Source of the DNA: Gemmatimonadota bacterium
Lineage (GTDB): Bacteria; Gemmatimonadota; Gemmatimonadetes; Gemmatimonadales; Gemmatimonadaceae
Length of the DNA stretch: 64,000 nucleotides
NCBI GenBank assembly: GCA_040389905.1
Contig: JAZJZK010000003.1
Location: 1 to 64,000, forward strand
Reading direction: 5' to 3'
Shown: in pieces, positions 27,244 through 37,195 of the stretch
Numbering within the stretch: position 1 is the first letter of the stretch
Layout of the letters: each line of letters begins with the position of its first letter
The notes under the pieces: generated by a model
Database searches by the model: none
What the model was told of the DNA's origin: nothing
What the model saw: the letters and a program-made list of their open reading frames with translations, nothing else
Program-made: the position numbers and the translations under genes

Positions 27244-27455
27244 TTACCGTGGAGGACGCAGAGGAGCAGAGGTACGCAGAGGGAAGCGGAACAGCAGGTG
27301 CAGACCCCTCGACTCGCTTCGCTCGCTCGGGGTGACAAGGATTCCGACGTTCCCGCCCGTTTTGTCGCCCTGAGCGCAGTGAAGGGCCCGCATGTTTGTT
27401 GCGGAGTTCTGTAGCTCCTCTGCGTACCTCTGCTCCTTTGCGCCCTCTGCGGTAA
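27244..27455. repeat. Composite palindromic element: CGCAGAGG-family outer inverted repeat enclosing an inverted REP-like pair
   Basis: Outer 39-bp arms at 27244-27282 and 27417-27455 have 4 mismatches. The inner pair is at about 27298-27338 and 27362-27393. Confidence 0.85.
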
Positions 27456-27502
27456 GATGACGACCCTCTTCACCTAACGCGGATGCCCGTCTGGTGAGAA
27501 CG

Positions 27503-29239
27503 TTACTTAGTCCGCACCAACGAAAACTGGACGGACGATGCCGACGACGTCCACTCAACCGTGGCCGTTCCACCCGCCGCCACACTGAACCGCAGATACG
27601 AGTTCGCTCCCCGATCGAGCGCCACCGTGCGAGGGCTGGACACGAGCGAGAGCGTCGAAAGCGGAAACCCATTCGCTCCATCGAGCGCCGCGAACACCGA
27701 ACGAAAGTTCCAACTCTGCTGCTGGTACTGCGACGAGGCAGCCGTGAGGTCATCGCTCAGGACCGAAATGCCCCAGTCCCTGATCTGATCCGCGACGTTC
27801 GCACCGAACACGCTCCTCATGTTGTCCATGCCGGTCGATGTGGAGTTCACGAGACCGTACCACGTCGCGCCATCCGTCGACGCACGACGATCAGCGGCGT
27901 AACGGAGGAAGGCCCACGCGGCTCCGCGCGTCGCGAGTGAATCGTTGTCGGCGTACGGCGAGTACGACGACGGGTTCTCCAGGTAGGCGGAATAGCGACC
28001 AAAGTTGCTCGATGCGTAGTTGTTGAACGCGGCAACCGCGCTCGCCGATGAGCCGATCGTGCTCGCACTGAGATTTTGTCGCGGACTCAATCCCGAGACG
28101 CGGTAGAACAGCAGCTCTTCCGCGATGTGCGCCAATCCTTCGTCGAGCCACGTTTCCTCGAAATCCACGGCGCCGGTGTTCACATACATGCGGCGCGACG
28201 CATTGATCAGGTGCTGGTATTCGTGGGCAATCGTGGCCGTGACTTCCGTCGTCACGTTGGCCTTGGTGAAGGCGCCGCCGCGTGCCGGATCGGGCACCAT
28301 CATGTAGAACATCTCACCCATGTTGCTGCCGGCACATGCCTCGTAGTCGGCCGTGGATGTGACTGGAAAGAGGTCGCGCGAGAAGAAGAAGCCCCCGACA
28401 TACGACGAACTCGTCGCCGGTGTCAGGTCGTTCACCGTCTTCGTGAAGAAGATCAGCACGCGGCCATTACCGTCGATATCCGACGGATCGCCGAACGCCT
28501 GCCGGTCCATTGGATCCACCAGCGTATCGAACGAGTTCCCCACACTCGCATACTCGGCGTCGGTATAGCCACCCGCCGGATTTGCCGTGTCGGCGACGAC
28601 GATCGCCTTGTTCGTGACGGCGACAACGCGGGCGGTGCGATACTTCGGCGCTGCGCAGGCGTCGCTCGAATTGCCGTTGAGCCGGAGAAGCTGGCCAACG
28701 GTCACGCTGGTGGGAATTCGATCGTAGACCGCGTGCGCGGACAGACGCGAGGTCATCCACCGGCGTGCGGACGGAATGAGCGGCGTCAGCGCGTCACGCT
28801 CGCGAATGCGCAATCCCGTTTCGAAGCTGCGCGACACGCGAAAGGACGGTGCGACGGAGGCGGCAGATGACAGCGTTGCGGTCGTCGTTGGTACCGCGTC
28901 GGCGGCAGCGCTCGGCGCGGATGTGCCCGTCGCAGAAACTGAAACCGACGAGGCACCCGTCGTCGAACCATTGTACGCGACGAGCGCGTACTCGGCGGCC
29001 GTAGAGACGCCGCTGATGCAGGCGGACGATCCAGACAATCCCGTGACCACCTGTCCAACGGCCAGCGTTTGAACGACCGCACAGGTTGCCGTGGGGGTTG
29101 GAGTGGGAGTCGGAGTGGACGCCACGGTGGAGACGTTCTGAACGGACGTGGTTGCATCGGTGCACGCGGCGAGTAGCGCGACGGCACAACTTGATAGCAC
29201 GCGAAGGGATCGCGAAAAAGGCATGGATGCGCTCGGCAA
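27503..29239 (-). CDS. Lipoprotein zinc metallopeptidase (M30/hyicolysin-like)
   Basis: Lipobox LLAAC; TIAHEYQHLIN followed by WLDEGLAH; FGDPSDIDGNGRV. The start could be ATG 29224. Confidence 0.78.
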   Translation of the reverse strand: MPSASMPFSRSLRVLSSCAVALLAACTDATTSVQNVSTVASTPTPTPTPTATCAVVQTLAVGQVVTGLSGSSACISGVSTAAEYALVAYNGSTTGASSVSVSATGTSAPSAAADAVPTTTATLSSAASVAPSFRVSRSFETGLRIRERDALTPLIPSARRWMTSRLSAHAVYDRIPTSVTVGQLLRLNGNSSDACAAPKYRTARVVAVTNKAIVVADTANPAGGYTDAEYASVGNSFDTLVDPMDRQAFGDPSDIDGNGRVLIFFTKTVNDLTPATSSSYVGGFFFSRDLFPVTSTADYEACAGSNMGEMFYMMVPDPARGGAFTKANVTTEVTATIAHEYQHLINASRRMYVNTGAVDFEETWLDEGLAHIAEELLFYRVSGLSPRQNLSASTIGSSASAVAAFNNYASSNFGRYSAYLENPSSYSPYADNDSLATRGAAWAFLRYAADRRASTDGATWYGLVNSTSTGMDNMRSVFGANVADQIRDWGISVLSDDLTAASSQYQQQSWNFRSVFAALDGANGFPLSTLSLVSSPRTVALDRGANSYLRFSVAAGGTATVEWTSSASSVQFSLVRTK

Positions 29240-29441
29240 AATGTCGCGGACGAGCCCGGATCGCGAGGCGGAATCGTCGCGCTCGCTCGGGCACTGTGGC
29301 GATGTGACTCATGAACTGGACACACAACAGGGTCGGGACCCTGTCCTCATGAGTACACCGCAGCGAGGTGATTGTTTACCGAAAACGCGCGAGTCTTATC
29401 ACGCCATCAGTCGCGATAGTGACGCACATCACAGGAGAGAA

Positions 29442-29987
29442 TCAATCATCTCCAAAAACGCGCGTTAGCGCGAAACCGAGGGGTGCCGCCGAGTCAAGCG
29501 GACGCCACTGCATCCGGACGGTCGCGATGACGTCATCGCGGCCTGCGCGTACCGACGTAATGGAGCGACGTTCCGGATCGACCATCCAATACTCGGCAAC
29601 GCCGGCGTCCAGGTAGAGACTGCGCTTTTCGCGCTGGTCACGCCGGCGTGTGCTGGGGGAGAACGTTTCCACTACGAGAATCGGAACTGGGGCGATGTCC
29701 CACGAGGCCGTCTTCGCCGTCTGCGGTTGACGCACCATGAGGTCTGGTTCGACTTCCGATCCGTCAAAGCGCATGACGGCACGGGGGCGGTACACCAAGC
29801 CGAGGTCATGCTCTTCGACATACGGATCCAGGACGCGCGCAAGGCGCGCGACGATCGTCTCATGTGGGTCCGTGGGCGGGGGAGTCACGAACAGCTCCCC
29901 GCGCACGAGTTCGTATTTGTTGCCGTCGTCCGGCAGACTATGGACCTCGGCGAGCGTCCACCGCTTGGTGACCGTGGCCATGAGCAT
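29442..29987 (-). CDS. Uma2 (DUF820) family putative endonuclease
   Basis: LPDDGNKYELVRGEL, VEPDL, LVVETFSPST..RD...K..LY...GVAEYWMVDP. Confidence 0.9.
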   Translation of the reverse strand: MLMATVTKRWTLAEVHSLPDDGNKYELVRGELFVTPPPTDPHETIVARLARVLDPYVEEHDLGLVYRPRAVMRFDGSEVEPDLMVRQPQTAKTASWDIAPVPILVVETFSPSTRRRDQREKRSLYLDAGVAEYWMVDPERRSITSVRAGRDDVIATVRMQWRPLDSAAPLGFALTRVFGDD

Positions 29988-30212
29988 TCCACACCCTTCC
30001 TTGGCGACTGGTGAACTGTGGGCATGGGCCAAGGGTGTAATGCCCCACAGGAAAGTGCGTCACCGAAATAGCGCACATTCGCATCAATTCCTTGCATTGA
30101 CCCTACCCTCGGCGACCTCGCCGAGTCAAGTCGTGCGCGCCATTGCTGTTCGGCAGCCAATCCACCCTATTTGCTCCGCAATAAGCTCTTCCCGTTCAAC
30201 CAAACACTATCG

Positions 30213-31733
30213 ATGAAAACGATGCGCCTTTCACGACGCCTGTTTGCCGCATGTTTGGTCGTCGCGGCGTCCGCCTCAGCCGCCGCGCAATCGTCACCAA
30301 TCGTCGGCCTCGATGCCTACATCACGAAGGCGATGGCAGACTGGCAAGTGCCCGGCCTCTCGATTGCCATCGTGCGAAACGACTCCGTCATCTACGAACG
30401 CGGCTTCGGCGTGCGAGAGCTTGGCAAGGCAGGAACAGTCGATCAGCACACCATCTTTCCCATCGCATCGACCACCAAGGCATTCACCGTTGGCGCACTC
30501 GGTACACTCGTCGATGAAGGGAAGCTCAAATGGGACGACAAGGTGTCGACGTACCTTCCCACGCTTCAGCTCTCCGACGCATACGTCACGCAGCAGCTCA
30601 CCGTGCGCGACCTTCTCACGCATCGTATCGGACTCAGTCGCAGCGACAACCTGTGGATCGTCGCGCCGTTCACGCGCGCCGAGGTCATCAAGCACGCGCG
30701 TTTCCTCGCGCCGCCGCCAGCCTTTCGCGTCGAATACGGCTACAACAATCTCGCGTACATTCTCGCGGGCGAGGTGGCTGGCTCGGCGAGCGGGTCGAAC
30801 TGGGACGACCTCATCGCCACGCGATGGTTCAAGCCACTCGGCATGACGCGCAGCACGACGCGCTCCGTCGTGGCCAATGCAGACGCGAACGTCGCCGCCT
30901 CGCACATTCGTGTCGACGGCAAGCCGGTCGCTGTGGCGCGGCGCAACTACGACAACATCGGCGGTGCGGGAGCGATCTTCTCCAGTGCGCACGACATGGC
31001 GCAGTGGATTCGCATGCATCTGGCCGGCGGCACCTATGCCGGCAAGCGTCTCCTCCAACCGGCCACGCTCAAGGAGATGTACACGCCGCAAACAACGATG
31101 CGCGCAGATACCGTTGCCGAGCGGATGTTTCCGACGACCAACTTTCGTGCGTATGGCTTTGGCTGGTTCCTGCAGGACTACAACGGCCGCAAGCTGGTGC
31201 ACCATTCCGGCTCGATCAACTGGACGCGTACACACGTCGCGATGATTCCAGCGGAGCACATCGGTGTGGTGGCCATCGCCAACCTGAACACGAGCGGGCT
31301 GCAGCAGGCGCTCATGTACCGCGTGCTCGATGCCCTGATGGGGCTTCCCGCGCGAGATTGGAGCGCTGAGTATCTCGAGGTGGCCAAGCGTGGCGATGAA
31401 CGATCGCTTGCGCAGAGTCGTGCGCTCGATTCGGCGCGGGTGAAGAACACCACACCCTCACTCGCGCTGGAGCAGTACGCGGGCAACTACACGAACGAGG
31501 TGTATGGCGATGTGTCGATCGTCGTCGAGAACGGGCATCTCGTCATGCGATACTCCGACGACTACACCGCAGATCTCGAGCACTGGCACCACGACACCTT
31601 CTCGGCGAAGTGGCGGCGAACCGGCTTCGGTCGGTCGTTTGCGACCTTCACTTTGGATAGCCGGGCCCGCGTGGCAACGCTCGAGCTTGACGAGCTCGGA
31701 GTTCTGCGTCGCGTTCGCGCTGCGGCGCCATGA
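30213..31733 (+). CDS. Serine hydrolase, beta-lactamase class C-like, with C-terminal DUF3471-like domain
   Basis: SxxK (STTK), YxN (YNN) and HSG motifs; C-terminal LEQYAGNY...YG; signal peptide. Confidence 0.9.
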   Translation: MKTMRLSRRLFAACLVVAASASAAAQSSPIVGLDAYITKAMADWQVPGLSIAIVRNDSVIYERGFGVRELGKAGTVDQHTIFPIASTTKAFTVGALGTLVDEGKLKWDDKVSTYLPTLQLSDAYVTQQLTVRDLLTHRIGLSRSDNLWIVAPFTRAEVIKHARFLAPPPAFRVEYGYNNLAYILAGEVAGSASGSNWDDLIATRWFKPLGMTRSTTRSVVANADANVAASHIRVDGKPVAVARRNYDNIGGAGAIFSSAHDMAQWIRMHLAGGTYAGKRLLQPATLKEMYTPQTTMRADTVAERMFPTTNFRAYGFGWFLQDYNGRKLVHHSGSINWTRTHVAMIPAEHIGVVAIANLNTSGLQQALMYRVLDALMGLPARDWSAEYLEVAKRGDERSLAQSRALDSARVKNTTPSLALEQYAGNYTNEVYGDVSIVVENGHLVMRYSDDYTADLEHWHHDTFSAKWRRTGFGRSFATFTLDSRARVATLELDELGVLRRVRAAAP

Positions 31734-31795
31734 GCGTGGCGCTGTAAGAACATTTGACGCAGAGGTCGCGGACGACAGCGGAACTACAAAGAATG

Positions 31796-31876
31796 AACCA
31801 CAGAGGACACAGAGGACACAGAGGACACGGAGGGCTGCACGCGTTGTTCTCTGTGACCTCTGTGTCCTCTGTGGTT
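31796..31876. repeat. CACAGAGGA nonamer inverted-repeat element between convergent genes
   Basis: AACCACAGAGGACACAGAGG... pairs with ...CCTCTGTGTCCTCTGTGGTT. Confidence 0.85.
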
Positions 31877-31908
31877 AATGTTTACGTTGTTGCATTTGCA
31901 TGTGACGT

Positions 31909-33714
31909 CTAACGAACTCCCGCCGCGATTCCATCGCGACGTGGATCGGCCGCGCCGATGATCACACCATCACGACGCACCGCCGCCGCCGCAATGCCGG
32001 CGAATTGCAGATTGGCGACCTTGTTGATCGGCACGTAGCCGTACGCACGCAACGCTCCGTACACCGGCAGCGCGAAGCCCTGCTCGATCTCCATCGCTGG
32101 CCCGGTCGCCGCCGGATGCAGGCGCGGCGCCGCGATCGCCGCGTACGGATCCTGTCCCCAGGCGGCCATGCGGAGCAACGCCTGCGGAACGGCCGTCGGG
32201 ATATAGGCCGCACCTCCAGCGCCTGCGGCGAAGCGCACCTCATTTCCCTCGAGCATCAACGTCGGAGCGATCGAGCTGCCAGGTTTCCGCAGCGGCTTGC
32301 GATCGCCGCGTGAGAAGAGGTTGCCGCTCGAATTGAGGAAGATGCCATTCGCGTAGACGCCGGAACCGAAGAGCACGCCGACACTGGACGTCAACGAGAC
32401 GGCGTTGTGGTCAGCGTCGATCACCACCATGTGCGACGTCTGGCTGCCGAGCAATTCGGCGTCGTCGCGCGTCGTGGAACCGGTGGACATCGGCCGAGTC
32501 GTTTCCGCATAGCTGTCGATCGCCGAACATGCCGCGGGCACGGCATCGCGCTCGTAGGCCCACGCGTCGCCGCGAGGCAGCGTGTCGCGGTACGGCGCGT
32601 TCACCACCGCCACACGAGATGCCGCGAATCCCGCACTCGTGAGCCCGCGCACAGGACCTGGCGCCCACTCCGGGTGGCCGCTAACCACTCGGCGGTCGGC
32701 GAGCGACACGCGAATCGCATTCGCCATCTTCACCGCCGCACCGGGATCGGTCGTCGGATTCGGCAAGCTGGTCAGCCCGGATCGCTCGGCGAGATGGAGC
32801 ACTTCCGACATCGAGGGCCCCGACACGGGTGACGGTGCGGCAACCACCGTGTAGCCGAGGAAGGTGCTGCATGATGGCCGTCGCATCGCGGGCTTGTAGA
32901 CGGCGAAATCCGCCGCGTCGAGCAGCCCGCCGACGCGGCGCGTCTTCTCCGCGATCGTTCGCGCCACATCGCCCGTGTAGAAGGCCGACGCGCCATCGCG
33001 TGATATCGCTTCGAGCAGCGTTGCGAGCCTGGACTGCACAAGCCTGTCACCGACGCGAAGCACCTGCCCGCCGGGCATGAACAGCGCCGCCGCCTCCGAA
33101 TCGGCCTTGAGCTTCTCGATGGATGACGTGAAGAGGCGATGATTCAGCGGACCGACGATGAATCCATCGCGCGCCAACCTGATCGCGGGTGCCAACACCG
33201 CGGCGCGCGTCAGCTTGCCACGTGCGGCCTGCCACTCGAGCAATCCGGCGACGAACCCCGGCACCAGCGCCGTGCGTGGATCGCGCGCGTCGCCACCTTC
33301 GTTCGTCGCCGCATTCAGCGAGGCCGATGCGGGCCCGGCACGCGGCGGATCGGGCAGTCCCCACGCCGGATCCGCACCCGCCTGGCCCATCGCCTCCATC
33401 ACTTCGGCGCGATGCTCCTTGGCCAGCCACGCGACGCCGACCGCGTATCCTCCGAGCCCCGTCTGCGACGGATCGACCACACCGAGGGCAAACGACGCTG
33501 CGACCGCTGCATCGATTGCGTTGCCACCCTGCTCGAGCATCGCGAGCCCGGCTGCCGAGGCGTCCGTGGCGCTGGTGACGATGACACCCCGTCGCGATTC
33601 CACGCGCTTGCCGGCAATTGGCGGATCGTTGGCCGTCGACGACGTCGTGGCAGGTGAGGCGCAGGCCGCGGCAACCGCGACAACCGTGAGGAGAGAGGCA
33701 GGGAGGATTCGCAT
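31909..33714 (-). CDS. ggt: Gamma-glutamyltransferase family lipoprotein
   Basis: GGNAIDAAVA, VPGFVAG, catalytic TSHMVVID...AVSLT...FGSG, APRLH, GAADPRRDG. Confidence 0.88.
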   Translation of the reverse strand: MRILPASLLTVVAVAAACASPATTSSTANDPPIAGKRVESRRGVIVTSATDASAAGLAMLEQGGNAIDAAVAASFALGVVDPSQTGLGGYAVGVAWLAKEHRAEVMEAMGQAGADPAWGLPDPPRAGPASASLNAATNEGGDARDPRTALVPGFVAGLLEWQAARGKLTRAAVLAPAIRLARDGFIVGPLNHRLFTSSIEKLKADSEAAALFMPGGQVLRVGDRLVQSRLATLLEAISRDGASAFYTGDVARTIAEKTRRVGGLLDAADFAVYKPAMRRPSCSTFLGYTVVAAPSPVSGPSMSEVLHLAERSGLTSLPNPTTDPGAAVKMANAIRVSLADRRVVSGHPEWAPGPVRGLTSAGFAASRVAVVNAPYRDTLPRGDAWAYERDAVPAACSAIDSYAETTRPMSTGSTTRDDAELLGSQTSHMVVIDADHNAVSLTSSVGVLFGSGVYANGIFLNSSGNLFSRGDRKPLRKPGSSIAPTLMLEGNEVRFAAGAGGAAYIPTAVPQALLRMAAWGQDPYAAIAAPRLHPAATGPAMEIEQGFALPVYGALRAYGYVPINKVANLQFAGIAAAAVRRDGVIIGAADPRRDGIAAGVR

Positions 33715-33727
33715 GGCGACGAATGTA

Positions 33728-34114
33728 CTACACCCAGTCGTCGTTCGGAGCGGTCAGCGCTCCACCCGCATCACCGGTATTCACCACGCCGCGCGGCTCG
33801 ATGAGCATCATCCCGACTTCGCGCGCCGCGAACGGCTTGTGCTCCACGCCCTTGGGGACAACGAACATCTCACCCGCTCGCAGCGTCACGCTTCCGTCGC
33901 GAAAGTCGATTCGCAACTCGCCATCGAGCACGATGAACGACTCGTCGGTGTCCGGATGACTGTGCCAGACAAAATCGCCCTCGATGCGGACGAGCTTGAA
34001 CTGATAGTCGTTCATTTCCGCGATCACTTTGGGCCGCCAGAGTTCGCCGATCAGTGCCAGCTTCTCTGAAAAATTGATCGCGACATGCGCCGCTGCTGTC
34101 AATCCAGTTTCCAT
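33728..34114 (-). CDS. Cupin domain protein
   Basis: [15 protein letters not shown] and [11 protein letters not shown] cupin motifs. Confidence 0.9.
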   Translation of the reverse strand: METGLTAAAHVAINFSEKLALIGELWRPKVIAEMNDYQFKLVRIEGDFVWHSHPDTDESFIVLDGELRIDFRDGSVTLRAGEMFVVPKGVEHKPFAAREVGMMLIEPRGVVNTGDAGGALTAPNDDWV

Positions 34115-34266
34115 GCAGTCCCTGGGAAGGGGTGAACCGTGTCGGCCGACAATGGAATGGTATCGAATGTCAGACGCATGGCGAATTCCGCCGAAATACA
34201 CATCCGATTACAATTGATATTCGCGGTTGCCGCTCCCGTTCTTTCAAGCCGTTTTCGTTGTTGCAG

Positions 34267-37071
34267 ATGACTGTTGAATTGCGCCTGTTTGGCGGCGCGT
34301 CGCTACTGACAGGCGATGGAGCGCTCATCTCTGGATCATCGGCGCAGCCTCGCCGGCTTGCGATCCTCGCCATACTCGCTGACGCGTGGCCCGCGCCTGT
34401 GACGCGAGACGCCATCATTGGTCTCGTCTGGCCGGAGCAGGACGAGGCAGGGGCGCGGAGACTGCTTTCGCAGTCCCTGTACGAACTGCGCAAAGCCCTT
34501 GGTGAATTCACACGGTCGTCTGGACGAGACATCGGCATCGACGCTTCAGCGCTCGCCGTCGATCTGATCGACTTTCGGCGTGCCATGGAGCAGCGCGACT
34601 TCGAGCGCGCGGCTCAATTGTATCGCGCGCCGTTGCTCGACGGATTCCACCTCAAGGGCGCCGGAGAATTCGACCGGTGGCTCTCCTCCGTGCGACATGC
34701 CACGGAACGCGATCTTCGGCGTGCACTCGCGTGCTTGATGGACCGCGATGAGGCCGACGGCAACGTTCGCGGTGCCATCGAGTGGGCAGCGCGCCTGCTG
34801 GAACTCTTTCCCTTTGACGCAGAACTTGTTCAGCGGTGTGCCACGTTGCACGCACGCGCAGGAGATCCGGCGTCGGCGATCGGGATTGCTGAACGGTACG
34901 AGCGTCGCATTCGCGACGAGTTGGAACTCGCGCCCGATCCACGCGTTCGGAGCGCAACACGCGCGGCACTCGACGCCCCGCCGACTCCGACACTCGTTAC
35001 AGCGGCCCGCACGTCACCTTCGGCAAAGGCGGTCGCCGTTGCCACGTCCTCGGCGCCGGCCTTCGTCGAGCGCCGCGCTCGCCGACTTCCGCTCTGGCGC
35101 GCAATCGTCGCAGCCGCGACCGTGCTCATCGTCGCTGCGGGACTGCGGTCGTTCGAGCCACCACACACAGCCGCAGCGCGTCGCGTCCTCGTCATCCCGA
35201 CATTTCGCGCGCAGGGTGATTCGTCGTCCGTTGCGCTCGCGTCCGCGATGGCGACCATGCTCGCTGCGAGTCTCGATGGAGCGGCCGGCCTTGTTGTCGA
35301 TACCGCCGTCACGTCAACGGAGAATCGCGCGGACGGATGGGCCCGTGCGGACGGCGCTGTCACAGCCACGGGCCACCAGCTTCGCGTGGATGTGACGTTG
35401 AGCGGCGCCGGTCGCGCGAGAGCTTATCGCGTCACGCTCACAGCGCCATCGGACAGCGTCATTCCGCTGCTCGATCGCGTGGCGCGGGAACTCCTGCCAA
35501 GGCTGTATCCCGGGTTGGATCGCGAGCGTATCACGACCGCCGCGCGCAGCTTTGCCCAGGCGTCCACCCTTCGCCGCTACCTCGACGGAGAGTCCGCGTT
35601 TCGGCGAGGCGAATTCGGTGCAGCGCATGACGCCTTTCGCGAGGTGACGGAGCGAGACTCTTCGCTCGCGTATGTCTGGTATCGTCGAGCCATGGCGGCA
35701 GAAGATGCGCATCGTCTCGACGACGCCAATCGTTCCGCCGCCACCGCGTTGCGAGGTGCCGGTCGACTCGACGAGCGTTCCCGTCGAATCGTCGAGGCGT
35801 ATGTGGTATGGCGCTCCGGCGACATCGCAGAAGCGGACTCGCTCTTTCGCCTGATGGTCCGCGCTCGACCGAACGACGCGGAGGCGTGGGTTCATTTCGC
35901 TGAAGTCGCCTATCATGGCGGCCCGCTCATTGGCCACACACTGGACGAAGCGCGCGACGCCTGGCGTCAGGCCGTCGCGCTGGACAGCGGGGACTTTTCC
36001 GCGCTCATGCACGCGCTCAGGCTCGAGGCACGAAGCGGGAATCAGCGCGCGGTCGCTACGCTCCTCGATCGTGCGGAGTCGATCGGCGGAAACGTCTCGT
36101 TGCTTGCGGAGATGCGCGCGATCGGCAACATCGCCGTTGGCCGAGGCGCGTCAATCAGCCTCCCCGACGCCAGCGCCTATTTCGTTCATTCCGTGGTCGC
36201 CAGCCTGCTCGAGCGTCCGACTGAAGCGGAAGTCATTGCCCGTCGTCTCGCCGCACCGGACGCGCCGGCTGCGGTGCGCGCGCAAGCGCACGCGGCGCTC
36301 GCGCATCTTGCGATGGCGCAAGGCCACCGCCGGTCGGCGCACGCGCAGCTCGATACGCTGTCGACGAATGATCCCATCGCCGCCGCATGGTGGCGCGCGT
36401 ACTTCGAAACGCTTCCCTTCCTGACGCCATCCGACACGGGCCAGTCGCGGGCAAAGGCTGTGCTTGCGAGCGCGGTGCCCAGGTCCACGACGGTTCCGCT
36501 CTACCTGGAGCTCGCGGTGGACGCACCTGCCGCGCGGATTCTTCAAGCGTACGAGCTCGCCTTGCTTGGGCTGAGTCCACGCGGCGATGGCGATGTCGCT
36601 TTTCGTTGCCCGCCGGAATTGCCAGCCACCCTCGCCGCCCTCTGTACGGATCTCGGACGCGGAGTCGCGGCGGAATCGCGTCGAAGGGCAGGGCGGCCGG
36701 CGGATGCCCTGCGTGAACTCGAGCACATGGAGATGCGAGTTCCCTACCAGCTCGCTGGCCGCTCCGCGTATTTCGCGCGCACGCGCGAGCGATACCTGCG
36801 AGCCATGCTGCTCGAACAGGCAGGTCGGTTGGACGAAGCATACCAGTGGTATTCAGCGGCCACATCGGTTGGGCGGTTGGACTACCTCTATCTGGCGCCC
36901 TCGCATCTGGCCCGCGGCCGCATTCGCGAACGGCAGGGAAATCGAGCGGCGGCGAAGAGCCATTTCCAGCGGGCCCTTGAACTCTGGAAAACGCCCGACG
37001 GCGAGCTCGCGTCGCTCCGTGTAGAGGCGATGGACGGCCTCCGTCGCGTGACGGAATCATCCGCTCCCTAA
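34267..37071 (+). CDS. Membrane-anchored BTAD/SARP-type transcriptional regulator with TPR region
   Basis: VELRLFGG, TRDAIIGLVWPE, LSQSLYELRKALG, LYRAPLLDGF, EFDRW; TM segment; TPR-like C-terminus (HFQRALELW). Confidence 0.85.
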   Translation: MTVELRLFGGASLLTGDGALISGSSAQPRRLAILAILADAWPAPVTRDAIIGLVWPEQDEAGARRLLSQSLYELRKALGEFTRSSGRDIGIDASALAVDLIDFRRAMEQRDFERAAQLYRAPLLDGFHLKGAGEFDRWLSSVRHATERDLRRALACLMDRDEADGNVRGAIEWAARLLELFPFDAELVQRCATLHARAGDPASAIGIAERYERRIRDELELAPDPRVRSATRAALDAPPTPTLVTAARTSPSAKAVAVATSSAPAFVERRARRLPLWRAIVAAATVLIVAAGLRSFEPPHTAAARRVLVIPTFRAQGDSSSVALASAMATMLAASLDGAAGLVVDTAVTSTENRADGWARADGAVTATGHQLRVDVTLSGAGRARAYRVTLTAPSDSVIPLLDRVARELLPRLYPGLDRERITTAARSFAQASTLRRYLDGESAFRRGEFGAAHDAFREVTERDSSLAYVWYRRAMAAEDAHRLDDANRSAATALRGAGRLDERSRRIVEAYVVWRSGDIAEADSLFRLMVRARPNDAEAWVHFAEVAYHGGPLIGHTLDEARDAWRQAVALDSGDFSALMHALRLEARSGNQRAVATLLDRAESIGGNVSLLAEMRAIGNIAVGRGASISLPDASAYFVHSVVASLLERPTEAEVIARRLAAPDAPAAVRAQAHAALAHLAMAQGHRRSAHAQLDTLSTNDPIAAAWWRAYFETLPFLTPSDTGQSRAKAVLASAVPRSTTVPLYLELAVDAPAARILQAYELALLGLSPRGDGDVAFRCPPELPATLAALCTDLGRGVAAESRRRAGRPADALRELEHMEMRVPYQLAGRSAYFARTRERYLRAMLLEQAGRLDEAYQWYSAATSVGRLDYLYLAPSHLARGRIRERQGNRAAAKSHFQRALELWKTPDGELASLRVEAMDGLRRVTESSAP

Positions 37072-37195
37072 GCGAGCGCGAGCACATTGATTCTGTCCGG
37101 GATCCCGCGCGTGCCCGAGAATTGAGAGTTGATAGCACAATCAGTTGATGACTCCGCGTGAGTGTTCCGCACGCTCACAACCCGGAGTCACATCG

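Noticed and set aside
29442..29987. Uma2 nuclease as part of a defence island
   Set aside because: It is solitary, with no methylase or other defence genes next to it; Uma2 genes are commonly scattered.
30213..31733. True beta-lactam resistance gene
   Set aside because: The architecture fits a generic serine hydrolase/peptidase; resistance cannot be inferred from sequence.
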